DNA of 64,000 bases from Vicugna vicugna (GCA_013265495.1 MU058844.1:1060941-1124940), one strand, 5' to 3'; shown: positions 24,620 to 38,760, counted from the first letter of the stretch. A program made the numbers and translations. Notes: a model not told the origin generated them from the sequence alone.

Positions 24620-25330
24620 GTTCAAACAGTGAGCATTTCCTTTGAGATATTTGAAATTAACATTATACATCATTTTCACTACCAGATTGGCAAAGGCTAA
24701 ATCACACAGTGTTCATCAAAGGAAAGATCAACCATATTCTAATGTAGAAGCTGCGCTTATAGGAATAGTAGCAGCCTATCTGGAAGGTAATTTGGAAATA
24801 TGCAAAGAACTGCAAAGGTGAGAGTCTTTGACCCAGTAATACATTTCTGAGAATCTATCCAAAGAAATTAATTATGAATGTACTTCAAGTTTTAGCTAAG
24901 GATGTTCATCACAGCATTGTTTACAGTAGCAAAGCAGTTGTTAGAAATAGCCTGTGTCAAATATATTAATTAAGAAAATTATGGTACAATCATGTTGCCA
25001 TTAAAAATGATACCATTCTATGCGATATTGGTTGATATAAAAATGTCAGTGAAAAGAACAGGTTACAAAATCATGCTCAGAATGATTACGAGGGTGTGTG
25101 TAAATACAGTTGCGTGTGGGTGAGTGTGTGTGTGTGTGGACACATATACATGCTTAGGAAATATCTGTAAGCATATACAACAAAATGTGAACAATCATTA
25201 TTTCTGGGTAGTGAGTGATTTATATTTCCTCTTTTTCCTTATCTAGGTTTTCTAAATTTTTCTCCTATGAACACATATGACTGTTAGAATTTTTTTTTAA
25301 ATGTAACTTTTAATTTAAAAATATTTTTAA
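24620..25330 (+). mobile_element. Old L1M (L1MC/ME-like) 3' region
   Basis: ccagattggcaaag, tttgacccagtaatacatttctgagaatctatccaaagaaa and ggatgttcatcacagcattgttt are L1 ORF2-end/3'UTR motifs. Confidence 0.8.
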
Positions 25331-25864
25331 ATGTATGACGTCATGTGCAGGAACTGCATGGTGAGGGCACATAGGTGTGTGCACAGTCAGTAACAGAACT
25401 GGGTCATTTCTCCTAGTGAGAAAGGGGCCTGCCAATGGGAGACAGTGCCTAAGGCCAGAGTTTGAGAAGAATTTTGTAACATCTCTTGGGGAGCCGTCAG
25501 GGATTTTAATAAACTAAAAAGACAAAATTACACGTCCTGCTACATGGCAGCACTGAGAAAAATGTCCCTTCCCTCAGTATTTTTCTTTGTATTTATATCC
25601 AAAAAATAAAATACTTCATTTCCAAGAAAACTCTTCACATCTTTGGAATGTGCAGGTGATATTGCAAATCACCTTCTGTGAGTTCTGCTCATCTTTCTCT
25701 CTTCTCATGAGCCAAAATGTGTGACTTTACTGAAAGATTCATTTGCTTATTTGGAGAAAGTCAGCCCCTGTGCTCCGTCAATTAGTTCTAATTTCTTGTC
25801 CTTTTGCCACAGTGTTATCACATTCATGACATTTTTTTTAATGTTCCATAAATGTCTCCTGGTA

Positions 25865-25948
25865 TTTTTCATTCCTTCTTCCCTCCCTCCCTTCCTTCCA
25901 TCTTTCCCTTCTTCCCTCCTTTCCTCTTTTCCTCTCTCCTCCCCTCCC
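25865..25948. repeat. Pyrimidine-rich (CCTT-like) low-complexity tract
   Basis: ttccttcttccctccctcccttccttcc... read directly. Confidence 0.8.
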
Positions 25949-26375
25949 AACGGAAGCAAGAATATCCATTTTTGTGCAGATCCACTCACTGTGTCTCTGG
26001 AAAGCTCTGACTAAGGGCTTGGACAACCACCTTCTTTCAGTGATTCCTCATTTATATTTTTGGTGTTTGGAGACTTGAGCACTCTACGCCGTGTGAAAAC
26101 GTCAATAATAGACATTCCCTAGTGCACAGAGGCTTAGGAGGGGCCCTTCAGAGTCAGGGTTAGGCCAGGGAAGATGCAGGCTCCTGAGAGGGAATGAGAG
26201 CTTGATGAGGTTCATTCTTATTGAGAAGGGCACCTGCAATGCCCCCACCACACCTGTCAGAGAGCATTGATGGCGTACTGTCAATCCGTGCCACTCAATA
26301 AAACCATTTGCTAAGAACTTACTGTGCATCAGACATGGTGCTAACCGTATTCGTGAGGTAGGTATTATCATTTCC

Positions 26376-26757
26376 TGTAACATATGCTATTGTTCCCTGC
26401 CCAGGTCCCCTTTACCGCCACTCACTTATCGCCTAGCTGCTGTGAGAAATGGCTAATAACAACTTAAAGCCACATCCTTAGGATGCGGGAGCTTCCTTTG
26501 GCCAGTGGGAGCTGCCTCCCTTCCCAGACTTCAGCCAATGCCTGACTGACGTTTTGGGATACAAAAGGCCAGTTCCCTTATCTCTTGGCAGAATTAACTC
26601 TGATGTAATTTATGCTTTAAAGTTCCCTTGTGTGGCTTTTCCACCTGTCCCATCGTGCTTCCCTGACTCCCCTTCTCCTGAGAGTACTCTCCCAAAGAAT
26701 AGCTTGCAGAAGATTCTTCAGCTCAAGCTTTGCTTCTAGGTAGCCTGACCTAAAACA
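26376..26757 (+). mobile_element. ERVL solo LTR (LTR16-like) inserted in a MIR
   Basis: TG...CA termini, end tgcttctaggtagcctgacctaaaaca, flanks tttcc/tctcc, and MIR halves on both sides. Confidence 0.7.
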
Positions 26758-27689
26758 TCTCCCATTTTACAAAAGAAGAAACTTGAGCTCAGAGTGATTA
26801 AGTTGTTTACTCAAATCATAGAAAAGTAGAAATATAAAGTCCAATTCTACACAGCTCTGTTTAATTACTGTATGATAATTTTTCCCAATATTAATTTTGA
26901 TCAACAAACTTGCTGCCTCCAAGAGGGCATAGAATTCTATAAGCATGCCGGCAGCAAGCTGGGTTTAAATCTCAGGGTGCAGGGCAGGGAGGTTGTGATC
27001 CAGTCAGGGAGCCGTCAGATGGTGAGTGTGAGCAGACTCTGCAGAGGGCTTCAGCTAGGGATCGTGCTGTCCCCCTACTTCCCACCACAAACTAGGGACA
27101 GTTTGGAAAGGTGTATTTGTTATTTGATTGTCACTAGAACTGTACGATAGTCCTAACATTTAATAAAGATGGCCAGGATTGTTAAAAATTCTGCAACATA
27201 AGGGGCAGTTCTGCTCAGCAAAGAATTGTTCTGCATCCTTGTTGAGAAACATGGCAGAGTGCCCAGGGTCAAGAAGTAAGTGAGCCAAATGCAGTCATCA
27301 AGTCCAAAGGGCAAGGGAATGATGGAAAAGAGACAGCAAAGCCAGAAGGACAATGACGCAGCCCTGGGGCTGGTGCCAACCAGGCGGAAGGGACAGCAGT
27401 GAGCGTGGCTGTCTTACCCACAGCTGGTGGTTCTCAGCATCCACTCTCTGGGGCACAGTGAATCTGGGCCATTGTAAAAGTTGAGGACAAAGGAGGAAAC
27501 GAGGTGGCTGTCATGGGAACCCAGGAAGAAAGAGATTATGTAGCATTAGATTCATTGTTCGTTTATTTATTCCAATAAACAGGTAGTGAGCTCATACTTT
27601 TCTGGTGCTGTAGTGAGCACTAAGAAAACCAGAACACATCAGATAACTTGTGTATTCTGCATGCTAAGAAGTCAATGCTGGGAAGTTGG

Positions 27690-28095
27690 TGCAGTAATGA
27701 TTTGCCACATTCTATCTTTGGCTGCCCAACATTTGAACCTTACCCTACGTAGGAATTCTTTACCGTTTAAGTCTTGCTGGGCAGCAGGCCATCTCTCATG
27801 TGAGAAGCTGAAAACACCAGATACCGACTTTCCCACCTCTCCTGCAGGCAGGCCTGGAGAGCCATCCCAGGTTTTTAATTGGGAGGTCGTTACCGAAGAG
27901 TGGAAGGAGAGGGAAGAATTGTTTTGACTGATGAATGCTGGGTGCTATTTGGGGCCTCAGTTTCTAGCCAGGTAGATCTAGATTCAGATCGTCACGCTCT
28001 GTAGTGATTCAGGGAACAACCCAACACCCTCTAAATATACTCTCTTCTGACTTAAGTCAGCCATGGTTAATTTCTTTTGTGGGTGGATACCAGCA
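27690..28095 (+). mobile_element. MLT1-type LTR (old subfamily)
   Basis: tttggctgcccaacatttgaacc...cttaagtcagccatggttaatttct resembles MLT1J/K. Confidence 0.5.
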
Positions 28096-28739
28096 CCTAC
28101 GATGTACCAGTCCTGGGAAAACAAAGGTAAATCAGACAACAGTGCTGTGTTCTCAGGATGACAAGCAGGTACCTAGGTCAGACTCTGGGAGGACTGCCAC
28201 GTGGAGAAACAACCGTGGAAGCTCAGAATAGCAAGTGGTGGTAACCTGTATTGGGCTCAATTTGTGGGGCAGACCAAAAGCCGGGGAAGCTAGTGTGAGA
28301 CTTAATTAAAAAAAAAAAAAGATAAAGGAAGAAACACATGGATGTTTTGTTACAAAGTGATACAGAAATCAGTCACAGGATGCTTGACCTCAAAAGGCAG
28401 ATGCTGGGAGCGGGGACTGCGGTGGGGCAGTGGCCGAGAGTGCTGGCTTCCCAGCCAGCCATCCAGGGAAACTCTAGCCACGAGCTCAGACTTCTCCCTG
28501 CTTTTCTGTGAAAATAGAGGATGAAGAGTTGTACAGAGCAGTTGAATTTTTGGCCTCGTTTATCCATAACTTCCCAAAGATGGTCCTGTTTCTTTCATTA
28601 TAAATTTGAAATCCTGTGATTTACAGTGTACAACCCAGCTTGCTATGGTTTGTGCTATTTTGTGTAAATTAAATAGAATTTTATTCTAGGGAGATGGAGG
28701 TGGGGCATTTAACACCCTGATTCCCTTTTGCTGTGTAAC

Positions 28740-28945
28740 TGTCATTCAGTGAGCACCTTTTCCATGCCAGACTCTTTCCTACATATTATCTTTAACCTTC
28801 AAAACAATGCTCCAAGCAAGTATTTTGAGGTTAGTTTTACAGGCAAGGCCTAAGGACTTGCCCAAGATCACAGAGCTGGTCGGTGACAAAAAAAATCTGA
28901 ACTCGGGTGAATCTGGCTCCAATCTTACCTGCTTTCCGTGACACA
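28740..28945 (-). mobile_element. MIR SINE
   Basis: gacttgcccaagatcacagagct...tctggctccaa. Confidence 0.7.
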
Positions 28946-29384
28946 CACCAGTGTTCCCTTTCCAGATATCCTAAATCAAGGAATCACATGTCCTACCCTA
29001 GGAATAATGTATCTATTGATCCATCTGAAGTTCATAGTTCATTCTGAGCAGGTGTGTCTGAGACATGTATCAAGCTTAAGGGGTTGATTAAGATCAGTTA
29101 CACAATGGAAAAACCAATGGTGAATAAGTCTTTCTCACTTTTTAAAAAAAATTTGGTGGTTAAGACACTGGATTGTAAGACCTCTTCCAGGCTTGATTTC
29201 TTTGAATACTGATTAGCTTGGTTGGTGGGATAATGCTGTCGTTAGCAGGGGTGGAGAATGTTGTTCTGAGGTCAGAGGCACAGTAGTGGGTCTGTTGGCT
29301 CATATTTGCCCAACCCTCACTACTGGGCTCAGCGAGGGTATGGCCACCTAGTGTGAATAGGCTAACCACTAGTATTAGTGGTAA

Positions 29385-29590
29385 TAATAATGATTAACAT
29401 TTTTTGAGCACTGACTATGTGTTTATACTGTATAATATATCATCTTTAGTCCTCTGCACAAATCTAAGAGGTACCACTTTTTAAATGAGGAAACAAACTC
29501 AGGGAGGTTCAGCCACTACTGAATATCACACAGACAGCAGGTGGGCTATCTGGAGTTCAAACCCAGACTGTCCTATATCCAAATCCCAAA
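29385..29590 (-). mobile_element. MIR SINE
   Basis: taacattttttgagcactgactatgtg...atgaggaaacaaactcagggagg...ttcaaacccagactgtc. Confidence 0.75.
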
Positions 29591-29689
29591 CCCTAGGGGT
29601 CATGTGATACTAACTGTAGATGAACAGTTCCAACTACACCTATGAAGAATTACTTTGAAATTATTACCTGCTTTTTCAACGACTATTTT

Positions 29690-30045
29690 CCGATGCCTAT
29701 TTTAGGATGGACAATAGGCTCCTGGACAAAAGAGACGCGGCCTTTGCCATCATGGTGGAGGAGAAAAAAAGAGTACACAAATAAACATAGAATGACAAAC
29801 TGTGCATTATCCGTGATGGAAAGGCATGGAAGGTGGGAGAGTATATCACAAGGGGACCTAGTCTAATCTAGCAGATTAGGGAAGACTTTCTGGGAGCAAT
29901 GGTGACTAAGTATCAGAGGGATGAGTGTAGTTAACTGGGAGGAAGGGAGGGGAAATGAGAGAAGAAAATTACTGGCAGAATAAAGGGCATGTGCAAAGGC
30001 CTGAAGCAGAAGGAAAGAACTTGGAAAGAACTTTAAGTCTGTGGT
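29690..30045 (-). mobile_element. L2 fragment
   Basis: agggaagactttctgggagca...gcatgtgcaaaggcctgaagc. Confidence 0.7.
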
Positions 30046-30049
30046 CATT

Positions 30050-30440
30050 AGACACTGCTGGCCAGGGGGATAAATTTAGTTCGTAGATGTTTGTTTTGGC
30101 TGACATACTCTTCTGGAAAATTTTGAGCCTCAAAGAGGAAATGTTGCATAGATATTCTGACTTGAAGCTCCTTTCGAAAAAGTGTAAGAGCTGGCAACCC
30201 TTGGCCTCAGGGTTTCATGGTAACAGTGACAAGTGCTGAGTATCTGACCAGTTTAGGAGGGGCACACACGCTCCATTTCTTGTCTTCCTACTCATTATTG
30301 TCTCCCCAGCGCTGTAGTAGGCCTCACTTACCACCTGTCATCATGTTTGCACTGTTGCATTTCTTATACTTCAGAATTATTTCTTTGTATCCCTGTCTTG
30401 ATCACAAGTGAAAGATAGACCAAGAGAGCCATGTGCTTTT
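30050..30440. mobile_element. MER102-like hAT DNA element
   Basis: gctggcaaccctt...catggtaaca...tttaggaggggcacacacgctcca resembles recalled MER102. Confidence 0.4.
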
Positions 30441-32109
30441 CCTCAAACTCAGCATGTACTATATTTCTTGGTGCCCATGGGCATTTAAATTCTCCCCAGT
30501 CCTACTTTGGAGGAAACAGAATAAAGGCTAGTAGTGTATACCACTATTTTATGGTCTAAAATATGTTGACTTTCTTGTCAATTGCAAATGCTTAGTGGGA
30601 ACAGGACACGCTTTATACGTTGTGAACCCCTCACCATGATAGGCATGGAGAGCTGAATATACAATGGATTTTAAGTCAAAGGTATAAAAAATGCTGGTTC
30701 TACACTTCCAAATGTAGAACTGCACCTGTTTTGAATTGCTACTCAATTTATTAAGCATTTCTACTATATTAAGCAGAATAGATCATAAGATAGCCCTTGC
30801 CCCAGAGAATATATGTTACTCATTCTTTCCTTGGTCAGATAAATTAATCTTGCCATCTCCAAACCACTGCTCCTTACATATTAGCAACACAGCACAAATT
30901 AATTTTGAATTTTCCCTAAACATTTATAAACATGTCAAGTAATACAGACATCTCTGGCATGGTAAAAGAGTCCTGGGCCGTGATGCAAGAAACCACTTTA
31001 TTTTACACAATTAACATGTTCCCGCAAGACAGAGTGTAAATCACATCACACATTCAGAGCTCCAGAGAAACTCATTGGGGGATCGTACGATGAATCATTT
31101 TGTAAAGCAGAGAATTTGAATGTGATATACAAAATCCCTCATTAATAGATACTTTTTGCAAGAGCAAAGTGTTCTATTAGGATTTAATAAAGTACATATG
31201 TGTCATATATGTGATATGCATAAAATGTCAGCTTTTTTATATGTAACTAAAATTAGTTAATTTTTGTGTTTGCCTTTTATATCCTGGTCTATAGTTTTTG
31301 ACTTACTTTCTTTTCTTGCCACGTGTTGTCACTGTGACTAAGCCCTCTTACAAATCAAATCTTCAGCTCAGACTCAACCAGCAGAGGGTACTATATGAGC
31401 ATTTAAGTGGACTTCCCATCTTTGTCTAACCCATCCAAAGAGAACAATATCTGAATAATAGCCAGGGCTGATATTCAATAGACAAGGTGCTGGCAAGGTA
31501 ACAGACATCAGTGATAATGTTTCAGCATCATTTTTCAGGAAATTCCCTTTGTTCTCTGCTGCTCACAAAGGATATTCTATGCAAAATGTACCTGTAATTC
31601 CTGGTGATAAATGATGGTAGCTGAAGAAGGGTGGTGGTAGTGGAGTAGAATCTGCTTCTGAATTTGCCAAAAGCTTATATCCCTTTTAGATTTAGGGTTC
31701 CGAATCAAGATGTCAGCCCCATGTGTTCTCAGCTTGCTGGTGAATGGTAATGAAATAATTCCTGCAATAGCAAATACCATAAAATAATCAGGGAGTCAAT
31801 GCACATTGTAAATCGATGAGCACAGATGTCTCCAAATGGAGGGAATATTTGAAGATACTTTACATATTGCGTGGCTTGGAACACTTGAGAGTTAGTTAGT
31901 GACTGTTGAGCAAAGTAGAGCGTGCATCTCCCCATTCTGAAATTAAGTTCAGCATTATATATGATTAAATATGTTATAGAAGAAGACTTGTCCCTTAATG
32001 TTTACATAAATTTGATCAATTTGTGTATAATAATGGATCACACATTTCTTAGTAAAATTTATTTATTTGGATTTTTATACTGATAATTTAAAAGTTTTTG
32101 GCTATACCA

Positions 32110-32565
32110 TTTTATTTTTATTTTGTTTGCTTGTTTGCATTTTTTTCCAGTTTTAATAATTGTTATTGAAGTATAGTTTACAATGTCGTGTCAATTTCTA
32201 GTGTACAGCACAATACTTCAGTCACAGAAACGTACATACATTTGTTCTCATATTCTTCTTCATCATAGATTACTACAAGATATTGAATATGGTTCCCTGT
32301 GCTATACAATATAAACTTGTTGTTTGCCTATTTTATATATATTAGTATCTGCAAATCTCGAACACCCAGTTTATCCCTTCCCACCCCCTTCCCCTGCTGG
32401 TAACCATTAGTTTGTTTTCTATGTCTGTGAGTCTGTTTCTGTTTTGTAAATAAGTTCATTTGTCTTTTATTTATTTATTTTTTAGATTCCACATGTAAGT
32501 GATATCATATGGTATTTTTCTTTCTCTTTCTGGCTTACTTCACTTAGAATGTCATTCTCCAGGTT
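32110..32565 (-). mobile_element. Relatively young L1 3' end (artiodactyl type)
   Basis: T-rich tail, ttattgaagtatagtttacaatg...ttccctgtgctataca...ttagattccacatgtaagtgatatcatatggtattt...cttacttcacttagaatg. Confidence 0.9.
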
Positions 32566-32569
32566 ATGG

Positions 32570-34700
32570 AAGGGAAAAACCACACATGATAATGACAGAA
32601 AAGATAAAAAGCACTTGTGCTAAACAATAGTAGTTCTGTCTACTTCTGATCTTCAGTCTCTTCTCAGATATAACTTTTAACTTTTATAGCTTTTTTTTTT
32701 TTAGTTATTTACCTCTATATCTCTAAGCAGTGTTCTTACACTACTAAATCTCGGGTTATTAGTTTTAGATGTTATATATTGTCTTCCTATGCTGATAGAT
32801 GAGAATGTCACTTAAGTCACTCAATACCTCCTTAGTAGTCATAGCTCTTCTTTAGATCTTTATTGGGTACATATGCAACTTTAGATAAAATACTTATTCC
32901 TTTTGCAACTCTAAGTGAAATGCTTAGTCTTTTAACAATAGACAATTTATTTTGTGTCCCTATCTTTTCAGTTCTTCTCTCCTACTTCTTCCTCCCAACC
33001 TGTACCTCTTGTAATCTGTATCTCTATAATGTCAAGATTAGTAACATTTGCCTTCTGCTCCCTCATCATAATTCTATCATCTTTGTCTATAGGTTGATTC
33101 TAAAATTGTAAACCAATAGTGTTTATATTGGGACTCAATCTTGTTTATTGCAGTGTCACAAGGTATGCTATTATTATACACCCTGGACAGCTTTTAATTT
33201 TTCTGGAGTTTCTTATTGCCTTTTTTCCCTTATACTACTTGCCTTTCCTGTGTTCTCAATTTTTTTTGGGGGGGGGCGTCCATTCAGAGATTTTTGCTCA
33301 ATTTTTCCAGAAACTGCTTTCTTTTGAAATTCCTCATCTTGCTACTCTTATCTATGCTTGTTATGAGGCCTGCTAACAGTGATCATCTTGGTGTTAATTT
33401 TCTTTGTTTTCTCTTTTTTGGAACAAAAGTCTTTTGCTTTCTTTGTTTACTTTTTTTTTTGCTGCAGCACATACTCATTAAAATTCCTAAGAAATGATAT
33501 GTGAGATGCAACTTTTTTGATTCGTTGAATGTGTGAAAATCAGCACATGCAAGTGTGATCTATGTTGATACTTGAATAATAATTTGGTTAAGTATAGAAA
33601 ATATAAAGTTCCTCAGAATTTTAAAGGCATTGTTCCTTTTTCTTGAGCATTGGTATTGCTGATGTGAAGTTCCATGCCAACTTGATTCTCATTCTTTGAT
33701 GATCTATTTTACCTTTCTGCTTTTTTTCTTTCAGGAACGATCATAGATAGAGGCCTTTTTACAGCAACTGGTGGGCTGTTCCAATCTGAAGTATTAAGTC
33801 TTTAAGCTATTCAAAATTCTCTTGTATTAATCAAGTGAGCAATTTTCTCCCTTCCATTTTTGCTGCTCATTTTCCCTAATTCCTGTTAATTACCTACTAG
33901 TCCTCCTGGTTTGATTCTTTTATCTTTTAAAATTTTATTTTCTGGGAGACTTTTTCAATTCTATATTCTAAAATTTCTTCTTTTTTCTTTTGGCAATCAT
34001 ATTCTTAAAATCAAGGTTCCTTCTTAAACTGTAACTTTTTCATAGTATCTGGTTCTTGTCTTATGAATGTAGTGTATTCTTGAATCTTTCTAAGGCTATT
34101 AGAGTTACTGTAAAAATTTCTCTTCCTTGCATTATCTCTTTATTTTGGAATCAGTGTTTCCTGTTCATTTATTTTGGTCCGAATCTCCCACATTAGAGAC
34201 TTTTTCAAATGTATGGGAATCTTTGGTTTTCTTCTTACATTTTAGAGAAAGGCAAATGCCATGACTAGGTTAATGATTTACAGAATGATGAAATCAACTG
34301 TCCCATAAACAGAATTTTGATCAGTTTCCCCTATTTCCAATCTGTGTGTCATTCCCACCCCTACTGTATCTGAATTTTTTCAGAATTCTGAGCATCTCAA
34401 TGGTTTTCTGGACAGTTTATCTCCATCTCTGTTACCACACCACCCACATCCCCTTTATTTTACTCTAAGCTCACTTCTTTATATGCCTTTCAACTGTTAG
34501 CATATCTCCATTTACTAGTCAACTTCCAAAACTGTGTCAAGTCTTCTATCGGCTAATGACCTCTATTTATTCTGGTTTATTGTACAAGTTTATACCTACT
34601 TGCATTCCTTCACTGACATTTTAATGGGCTTCTGGATGGAAAAGAATATAAATACATGTACATAATCTGCCATCTTTATCTGGAAGTCCATGTTAATTTT
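32570..34700 (-). mobile_element. Old L1M remnant
   Basis: Long T-rich decayed block with antisense L1 motifs (ctcagaattttaaaggcattgttcc...ttgctgatgtgaagttc). Confidence 0.6.
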
Positions 34701-35698
34701 TGAATGTACATTTGTATGATCTGAAATTTCTAAATGCATATTCAGTATTTATTTTTAGTACACGTAATTTGTAAAAATGTATTTTCAGTGGACATACTTC
34801 AGATATCTTTTAGCATATATCATTTCTCTGGCCATTTTCTTAATATTTGAAGGTAGAATAACAAGTCAAACATTTCTTTAATCCTTTTGAGACATTAATC
34901 GCTTCAAATGATTATATTTGTTCTTTAAAACAACACTGTGGAATAGGTATTGCCACTATCCTGTTTTACAGATGAGAAATGGATCTGATCATTAAGCTAA
35001 TGAGAGCTGCTGAGTGCTGGTCTGGTACTTAGATCCAAACCTTTCAATGTCTTTCTCTGAAGACACAACATGTCTCTTAGATACCACTTGCTAAAACCCA
35101 ATAAATCCAACAGCATAAATAAATCATGTAATCTGTCTACAGAATAAATTCCCACTGCCACAAAGCTTGATGTGTTATGTTTTAGTTTTAGTCTTGGTTG
35201 TACTTTTAAGACAATATTTAAAACTATTCCTGAATATTTGGTATGGATGTAGCATTCCTAATTTCTCTTCCCAGTGAACTCATGGATAACTTCCACTGAT
35301 AAAATAAGTCATGTTGAATAAAGGAAAAGCTATTGTTTCAAAACATTGAGGGCAGGGCTAAGGAAGAGTCAGACTATTCTAATTGTCTTCAACTTATATG
35401 CCTTAATACATTTTAGGTCAGATAATTTGGCTCTTAACATTCAAAACTGTATTAATTATGGGATTTTATAACGAGGTTATGTAGTATATGTTTGCCAATT
35501 GGGAAAGAAAGATAATTATGCTTGAATGTAGGTCACATTTAAGAAACTCTCTTAGGCCTAATGGGAACCATGTTTCCTTAAAAATCAAGAATTAATGATA
35601 TTCAAGAGAATGGTGTCTCTCTCATCCTGTGACCCAGTTCTTCTGGTCCAAGATTTTTTTTTACCTTTTTTGGAGGCTGTTCTTAAGAAAAGAAACTT

Positions 35699-35734
35699 GT
35701 ACAATTTCCCATAGTACAATTTCCCATAGTACAA
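35699..35734. repeat. 15-bp tandem repeat, 2.4 copies
   Basis: gtacaatttcccata x2 plus gtacaa. Confidence 0.9.
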
Positions 35735-38244
35735 GAATTTAATTACCAGTTGTGGCAGCAGCTGAATTGGGTCTTGTTGGTTGTAAGGAACTGGTGGTAG
35801 AAGAATTACCAATAAAGATGTTTACATTTCTAGGGTTGATCTCATAAGCAGATAATTCTCCTAACTCCCCCCAAAGTGTTTTATACTGACTTGTATAAGA
35901 AGGAGGTTTTTGTCTACCATGTGGTTGTTTTTGTCTTTGCCCTTGAAAAACTTCTGTTAAGTTCAAACTGTCGGTGTTTTTTTTTCTCCTGAGCTTCTTT
36001 GGTTTCAGCATTACTAAATGGCAAATCTAAAAAACATCATTTAAAATGGGAGTAAACTCCCCTCAAAACTAAGGAGTTTGATATAAGGATTTGATATAAT
36101 TTTGTAGTGTCCTAGGAATCTTTGCTATACCTGATTAACCATTTTAATTGAGGCATGAAAAAATGCTCTACTCACAGATTTCCCAAACTTTGCCCCACCC
36201 CTCCCAAGCTCACCCCTTACCACCAGGAAAAAGGCTGCAACAAAATAATGGACTCTTTAAAATTCATTGCATGGTCGAAGAAGAACTGAAGTTTTCTAAA
36301 GGTGTATATGGGTTTCTTTGGGATGGTGCAAAGCAGGTGTTAACTCCCAGAGTTTTGTTTTCACTATTATAATTTAAATGGTTTATTAGTTTAACTTGTG
36401 TTGGGGTTGGGGCAAAATTCCTTTTTAAAAGAAGTAGAGATAGGAGATCTAAATTTTAATTTACAATTTTAAATGGGTTGAGACTTTTGTCAGTTTGAAA
36501 TGTGTTTGTTTCCAGTTATTGTTTTCATCTTTGCCTTATCTTATTACTAATGGAATATTATAGTTATCAGTCAGCTGACGAACATTTTGAGGATGAATTT
36601 TATAGCTTGCGTTTCTCTTTGTCTCTTTTCCATCTTTAAAGAATTAAGGTACTTTAACAAGCTGCTTTAAGGAACTAACCATATTGTAAAACATACTGTA
36701 CTTTAATAAGAGTATCAGGCATTTTTCACTATAGGCAGGCCCTGCGCCTCAGAAAGACATATGACATATGAAGGATGATCAGGGAAATGGAAAGATCTAA
36801 ATCCTGAAATAACTCTCTTGATTGGATCCCCCAACGCCTCCTCCCAGCAATTACTTGGCCCACAGGACTGATGCTTATCTAGCCAGAATCCAGCAGTGAA
36901 AAAATATAGTTCTTCCTAGGTCTGTTCAGGCTCATCTAGCTATTAATTTCCACTTCGGAGTTCTTTTGTAATCATGCATGAGTGGTGTGTGAATTCCTCA
37001 GCGTTTAGAGTTTTCTGTGAATAAGGAACTCTGAGATCAGCTCTTACAAGTAGGTGAGCTGCGGTGCAGTAATCCAGCTGCTGCTTGTCTTTGGGGTGTA
37101 GTATGCTTAGCTAATCCTGTTGACTATAATTCTAACTGGATGGCTCTTGTTAAATCTTTGAGCAAAAGATGAAATCTTCAGGCCAAGGGCACATGGAGGA
37201 AAAATACTCTAACTATTCTTGACACTCTCCAGATCTTAAAGCAAGAACTTGATTTATTTTTTTAAACAAGATTTATAAGCTATGCCGACTGATCTCCCCT
37301 CGAAGGCTGCGGTTGGAAACTCATCAGTATAGTAGAGACACTGCTTTTATCAAGCTGAACATTGTTCAAGGTTGTAATGCAGGATGAAGGAGAAGTAATG
37401 GATATCATGCTTTAAAGACATGTCTGATTCCTAGAAGATCATTCAGGTAGCAGCCCAGTAGTAGATCTGCCCCAATGATTTGTGGGAAGGCATTCTTAAA
37501 TGCTGTAGAGGAGTGAGATTTATAAAGGGGAAGGATTGTGTTTAACTGAGTCTCCTTAAATTCTTTTTAAAGCCCTAGGATGACTTGTTAGGGTGTGTAC
37601 ATGACAGAATAAATACAAGTGTTTCTGAGACTCTAAGACTTTGTAAATAAGGGGATTTTTATGTAGATATAAAGAATCTGAGGTAGCAGGAATGGTAGGG
37701 GTTGGATAAAGAGTATCATAGGGCAAAAGTAAGTTGAAGAGTCTCCCTTTCCCTGTTTGAATAATATTTATTGGTTTGAAATTATAATTGTGGGAGCTTT
37801 GGAGAAAACTTTAGACTCAAGAGCAAGGTGTCTGTTATAATACTCAACATAGCAATTTATGTCTATGAGGAGATGAGTCATTTTGGATTTTTGATTTCTA
37901 GAACACCACATTTGGTGACCCTATTATAAACTTTGGGATATATATTGCACTCCATAATACAGCTACAACAGTTTGGATTTTTTAAAAATCAGAATCATCA
38001 TATGCTGTAGCTCTTGGATTTGATCCATAATGCTTCATAGTCTAACGGCAGTCTCTAGAGCCCAGAGCCCTGGGACTGATTCCAACCAAAGAGTAGGTCA
38101 GCCTTGGGAGAGAAAGAAGTTGTTGCCCAGATAGCCACAAATGGACATGACAGAAGAGTAAATAAATTCCAGGGTAAATAAATTCCAAGTCTCATTATTA
38201 GGAAGGGGATGGTGAGTGGGCAGAAGGAGAAATAGGCACAGGGC

Positions 38245-38405
38245 TGACATTTCCTGAGCACTCACTCAATGTCTCACACATTATTAGATGCCTTAAGACA
38301 TGAGTTCATCTAGTCCTCACTAAATCCTAAAGGTTTTATTATGTTCATTATTACAGATAGGGAAACTGAAGAGAGAGGTTAGGAAAACTGCCCAAAGCCA
38401 CAAAG
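38245..38405 (-). mobile_element. MIR SINE
   Basis: ttacagatagggaaactgaagagagaggttaggaaaactgcccaaagccaca. Confidence 0.7.
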
Positions 38406-38627
38406 CATATGGTAATATTTGTTAACTCCCATGACTGACTCTGCCACAGGTAGGTATAATGTAGGTGAGTTGATTACAATAGATTAGTGTCTATTGTAGA
38501 TCTATAACTGTTTAGATCAATGTACAATGGCCATGGGTGATCAAATCGTTGTTTTCTGAAGCTTTGAAAAGTCAAAGTAGAGAATTCATGGAACCTTGAT
38601 AATCAGAATTAGTCATACATCTTTGGC

Positions 38628-38760
38628 TTTATTCATTCATTCAACAAATATTTATTGAGCTCCAACTATGTGCCAGGTCCTATGCTAGGTAATGGTACTG
38701 CAGCAGAAAATAAGCATAATGCAATTCTTGTCTTCATGAGCTTAAACTCTGGAAATAGTA
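38628..38760 (-). mobile_element. L2 3' end
   Basis: attcattcattcaacaaatatttattgagctccaactatgtgccagg. Confidence 0.85.
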
